From Eledone cirrhosa (taxonomy: Eukaryota): a stretch of 64,000 bases of DNA. Position numbers and translations under genes: made by a program. This document shows, one piece after another, positions 58,846 through 64,000 of this stretch (its first letter is position 1; each line of letters begins with the position of its first letter). The stretch lies in the NCBI GenBank assembly GCA_964016885.1, contig OZ024747.1, positions 73,160,001-73,224,000 of the forward strand, read 5' to 3'. The notes beneath the pieces are model-generated. The model was not told the DNA's origin. It was given only the letters and a program-made list of their open reading frames with translations, and ran no database searches.

Positions 58846-60721
58846 GTGGTGGGGGGAAGAGTTGTAAGCTCGCACGCTTTAGTCCCCCCTTCCTTCCCAA
58901 CTAACGTCATAGAGAAGGAAGGAAAAAATAAAATAAAAACAAACGAATCTGCGGAGAAAAATGACGAAAACACAAATCTGGACATGGATTCCAACAACGA
59001 AAAAAAAAAATTTGAAAAATTGCATGACAATATTAATACCACAAACAAAGACAAGACAAACATAAAAATAACATTTGAAAACAACATCATAACAGAAAGC
59101 AAAGCAGACGACAAAGTCAACACCAATAATATTTCATTTGCACAAACAACAAAGAAATCTTTGACATATATACCTGAAAATATTTCAGATGTGGCACAAA
59201 GAATTGCAGACGGCAAACAATATATAACTGAAGGAGAGAATGGTATTTTATCGGTAAAAATGCCTCAAGAACTCACCAAAGACATTGAAAGTCGAACGGT
59301 CGTTTTCCGCACCATCAACAACATTTCAAAAAAACCTGAACAGCCAACTCAAACAGAAATCAAAACAGTACTTACAGAAGTACTTAATGAAACCACTTTC
59401 ATAAGAAAAGACAGACTGTATGGAAGCCTAGCGATTATTATGAAGAACGAATCGGCGGCAAAAAAATGTGCTTTGTCACCGATTCGTTCGAAAATTTTTA
59501 CCTTTTATCCATCTTATATGGGTAAAAGAACTCAACGCATATGGCTGGATGCAATGATGCCAGATGTGGACTACTGCTGGCTCATAGCTGGCTTCATCGA
59601 TCCAGCGAATGACAACGTGATTTCCATTGGGAAAACCACAGGCAATGCGTTCAGTGGAACAGGTATAGAACTTGTAGTGCAAATGAAGCCTGAACGCATC
59701 GCCTAAATACCCGACAGAATCCTATTAGAGGGCCACGGGTATATAAACATCAGCGTGGAGGGGAGAAGGCCGTCCTGTCATATCTGTGCAGGAAGAGGGC
59801 ACCTGAAGGTGGCTTGTCCCCAACTCAACAAAAGGAAAACCCTGCTACCAACACCAGCTCCACTACCACCACCACAACAGATAAACAAACAACAAAACTC
59901 AGTCCCACCCAACCCGTCCCTCAGTAAAACTACACCACCACCACAACACAAACAGTCAACACATTACCCCAAAACAAAATACAGGCCCACCCAACCCCTC
60001 ACTCAATAAAACAACACAACCACCGCAGCCACAACACACAACACAGTCTAACATAGTGACATACATCTCCCCCACAAGGAAAACCAACACGGAAACATTA
60101 CCAGCAAACATACCTCTTCCCTCCAACACTGAAGATAACCCAACGAATTCGGAGGAAGAAACGGAGTCCTTCAGACAGTTTAAAAGGAAAAAAAGAAAAC
60201 ATGTGCAAAACACACAAGGCCAAACAACCCCCACCCAAATGTCAACACAATCCAACAAAACACAAAACACCCCTACAGCAACAAACAAAACCAAACCTGC
60301 CCCTCCCCTCTTCGAAACACTCACACCATCCGAAAAAAAGACATTACACTATACTTACATCAACAGAAACAATAATAAATTAAATGAACTCATAAACAAT
60401 AATCCTTCGGTACAAACCGAAGGTGTAAACTTTGTTTCTTCAGAAAACTACCCACATTTAAAATTAATAAAGATCCCAATGAACCTCTACCAAAAACTAA
60501 AAAAGGATTTTAAGGAGGACGTAGGACCACCCTCTGTCAAACCCATAAACCGCGTCCTACTAAAAAGCTTTCCCCCTCCCCTTCCCCTCCCCACCACAAC
60601 TCCAAACACCCCAACCCCACCACACACTGACGACCCCACACCACCACAAGACACCCCTTCACCCAACACCCCCGACCCCATGGAAGTCGTGCGACCCGAA
60701 CCCCGGGAAGCAGAAAGGTAG
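58846..60721 (+). pseudogene. Tx1 ORF1 of element B with in-frame stops
   Basis: Three in-frame pieces (stops at 59704-59706 and 60007-60009); FIRKDRLYGS, FYPSYMG, CHICAGRGHLKVAC; start position uncertain. Confidence 0.85.
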
Positions 60722-60754
60722 GTCCCTACACTCTCCTTTGGCTTTGCCGCCCAC

Positions 60755-63700
60755 ATGGATGTGTTAAGAGTAGGATGTTTGAATGGACGTGGCCTGGGCT
60801 CAACTTGGAAGCAAGCAAAGCTTCTAAATGACCTCAGGTCATGTGGTATAAATGTAATGGTTATCTGTGAGACTCGGATCAGCGTCGTGCGGCAGCTGGC
60901 CTCTACCTTCGATGACTTTGAGGTGCATGCATCTCTCTGTCAACCTGGAGGTGGGGGTGGGGTTGTCGTACTGCTGCAAAAACACCTGGGTCTTGCCGTA
61001 CAGGTTGTTTACTCGGACCCGGAGGGTCGTTTGTTGGTGCTAGACGTTGGCAGTAGTGAAGGTGCGGCCTTGAGACTGGTCGCCGTCTACTCCCCTTTCG
61101 GAGCTGAACGGCCCGACTTCTTCCAGCGTTTGGAGACTTTTCTGGGAACGTCGCGTTCCCTGCTTCTAGCGGGGGATTGGAATGACATCCTAGATGCACG
61201 TTGGGACTATGCAGGAGCATGTCCTAATAGAGGGGGGTGTAACAGCCTCAAGGGGTTACTCGACCGTTTTAACTTGGTTGATAGATATCGACTAGATTTT
61301 CCAACTGTGCCTACCTGGACTTGGACGAACCATAGTAGTCAATCTAGATCGTACTTAGATAGATTCTTAGTTAGAAGTAAGGATAGGGACATATTAAGCT
61401 GTCCAGAAATGCTCACGGTTGGCTATACGGATCACAAATTAGTGACCTGCGTAGTCAATCTCGAGAAAACACATAAACAGGGTCCCGGTTATTGGAAACT
61501 TAATTTGTTTTTACCGGCAAAAGAGACTTACAGAAACCGGATTAGCAGATTAGTTAAGGAGAGGTTGACGGGTGCAATCGTCAACAACCGATGGTGGGCA
61601 TCTCTCAAAAGAGAGATTAGAACAGAATCAATAAGTTATAGCAAGATGTTAGCTGCCGATAGGAATAGAAACGAGAAAGAATTAACAGGTAAATTAGAAG
61701 AGGCAATCAAGAGCGAAGATGTGGCCAGAGTGCTGGCATCGAGGACGGCCTTGAACCAGTTTTTCGATGCAAAGCACGAAGGCTGCGTCATTCGAAGTAA
61801 AATACGTGCTCTAGGTAATGAGGGGGCCAAAGCCGTTGGCTGGGTCCGCGTGACAGAAGCTAAGAGTAGAAATCGATCCACCATCCGGTCGTTGCAAGAC
61901 GAGGATGGACGGGTGATCCCGGAGCCTAAGCAGATGTGCGAGGTCTTTCAAAGGCACTTTGCCCGATTATTCGGGGGAGGCGAGGGTCCGGGTGGGGACG
62001 TGGATTTCGGTCCATACCTCGACGGCCTGCCGCGTCTCTCGAGCGAAGAGGCAGAGTCCTGCGAGGGACCAATCTCGGCTGATGAGATCGGGGATGCGCT
62101 GAGCCAATGCAGCAGACGCGAATCTCCAGGTCTCGATGGTATACCTTACGAACTTTATTTAGCAATGCCGGTCTTCTTCTCCGAACTCCTCGAAGCGGTC
62201 TACTGCAATTGGCAGCAGAACTGGAGAATTCCTTGTTCTGTAGCCAAAGGCGTAGTCTCGCTGGTGAGGAAGGACGAGAACAAGGGGGATAGTATAAATA
62301 ATTTTCGGCCCATAACCCTGCTAAACACAGAGTTAAAGATTTTGGCCAAGGTGTTAGCAAAGAGGTTGGCGCTTGTCGTGGGTAGCCTGGTGGGAGATGC
62401 GCAGACATGTGCTATCCCATCCAGGTCCATTCACGATAACCTCCACCTCATGCGATACATCATAGAGAGGGTTGGCAACAAACCCGGCTTCGGTGGGGCC
62501 CTGATCAACTTGGATCAGTCTAAGGCCTTCGATAGGGTCGACCATGGTTACCTGGATGCGGTGCTAGCGGCGGCTGGGTTCGGTCCTGTTTTCAGAGGCT
62601 GGATCACTGCCTTACATAGCAACCACATCTGTTCTAGGATCAAGGTGAACGGCTACATTTCGAAGCCGTTCAAAATCACACGATCCATTCGACAGGGGTG
62701 CCCTCTCTCCTCCCTTCTGTACGTATTGACTCTCGAGCCTTTACTGAGGAAGTTGGAGTTGTTGCAGGGTATCCGCCTGGAACCAGGATTGAGCAAAGCG
62801 GTATCGGCCTACGCCGATGACGTAACAGTAATGGTATCGACCGACTCGGAGATCGAGGCGATCGGTACCTTACTGGAGGATTACGAAAGGTTGTCAGGAG
62901 CGAAACTGAACCGGGAAAAATCCATCGGGCTGCAACTCGGAACGTGGAGAGGCAGACCGATGCCTCCCGACGGTGTCATCGGACACAGGACGGAGGGCCC
63001 GGTAAAGTTGCTTGGGGTCTGGTTTGGACCGGACCTCCAGGTGGAAAAGAACTGGGACGAGGTTACGAACAAGGTGTTTGCACTAACCCAGAAATGGGCC
63101 AAGTGTAAGCTGTCCCTAAAAGGCCGGGCGGAGGTGGCGAACATTTACATAGCGTCCGTCACTTACTACCGCCTGACTGTCGTGCCTTGCACTAAGGAAA
63201 CACTCACCACCATGGAACGCATGCTCTTCCAATTTCTTTGGAAGAAGCGCCCTCCTATGGTGAGAAGATCCATCTGCTGCCAACAACCTTCGAAAGGAGG
63301 GCGGGGATGCCGCGGTTGATGATGCGTAGGCACGCATTAAGGCTACGGCACCTACAGGTATTCCTCACTGGTCAACCGGTGTGGGCTCCGTTCGTGAAAC
63401 GAGCTTTTCCGAGACTCGTCTCTCTCACCGAGCTGCAGTCCTGGGTCAAGCAAAGATCCGGAAAACTGGGAGACTGGCACACTGAGTGTGCTCAGGCGCT
63501 CAGGGCTCTCTGGCAAGCGGGCCAGGCCATCGGTGGAGAATCCACCTCATCATTCTATAGAGGGCTGGTGGCTAGCAGGGGCGATGACGCCCTTGGAGAG
63601 TCGCTGGACATGGAAGAGGACGAACTGGCCAGCCTGTTCGGTACGACTTTCGGCCCGAGACCAATGGACAACTTCCAGAAGTCACTAGCCTGGCAGTGCT

Positions 63701-64000
63701 ACTGGGGGGCGCCACCCGTTCGAGAGAGGCTCTACAGACACGGGCGCCCGGGCAGGGATCCCTCGAAAAAGATTTGCCCTAGATGCGTGCGTCACGAAGA
63801 AACCGTTGCGCACGCATTGGTGCAATGTCTGTGGGGCTACGCCGAACGACTGCTGTCGCGGGTGGCGCCGATTCAATTGACCGCCGAGTCCGTGATGACA
63901 ATCAAACAGCCTCCCCTCTTCACAAAGGAAGAAAAGGCGGTTTTTCTGTGCGTAATAGCCATGTTGAAAGAGGTTGTTTGGTGGACACGATTGAAAGGTC
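60755..64000 (+). pseudogene. Tx1 ORF2 of element B (854-aa open EN-RT, then frameshift near 63305)
   Basis: GCLNGRGL, AGDWN, TDHK, LDQSKAFDRVDH, RQGCPLS, AYADD; downstream homology to A continues in other frames with deletions. Confidence 0.92.

Larger units (their letters stand above)
58590..64000 (+). mobile_element. Tx1-clade non-LTR retrotransposon B (different subfamily), runs off the window end
   Basis: Same architecture as A; starts immediately after (CTAT)n. Confidence 0.92.

Overview
AT-rich, microsatellite-dense eukaryotic DNA with no recognisable host gene; the SINE and simple-repeat content suggests a cephalopod (octopus-like) genome, which is an inference. (1) The most interesting signal is about a dozen short elements from several unrelated sequence families. 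They sit in (TA)n tracts, are mostly head-to-head fold-back palindromes with a one-sided tail, and most carry a type I hammerhead ribozyme motif: CUGANGA or the covariant UUGANAA core, GAAA, an often palindromic stem III and an NUH site. The fold-back apex repeatedly falls in or just 5' of the ribozyme core. They look like Penelope-like element (PLE) terminal repeats, but no PLE ORF is in the window. (2) Tx1-clade LINEs lie in (CTAT)n tracts: two near-full-length tandem elements from different subfamilies (52.8-64 kb), three 5'-truncated copies and one old relic. (3) There are many tRNA-derived SINEs, two mariner-type MITEs, an internally deleted RTE derivative, a 30-bp minisatellite and a 1.26-kb (CCTA)n tract. 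Nearly all ORF-track entries outside the Tx1 elements are simple-repeat artefacts. All structures were read by eye and need computational confirmation.
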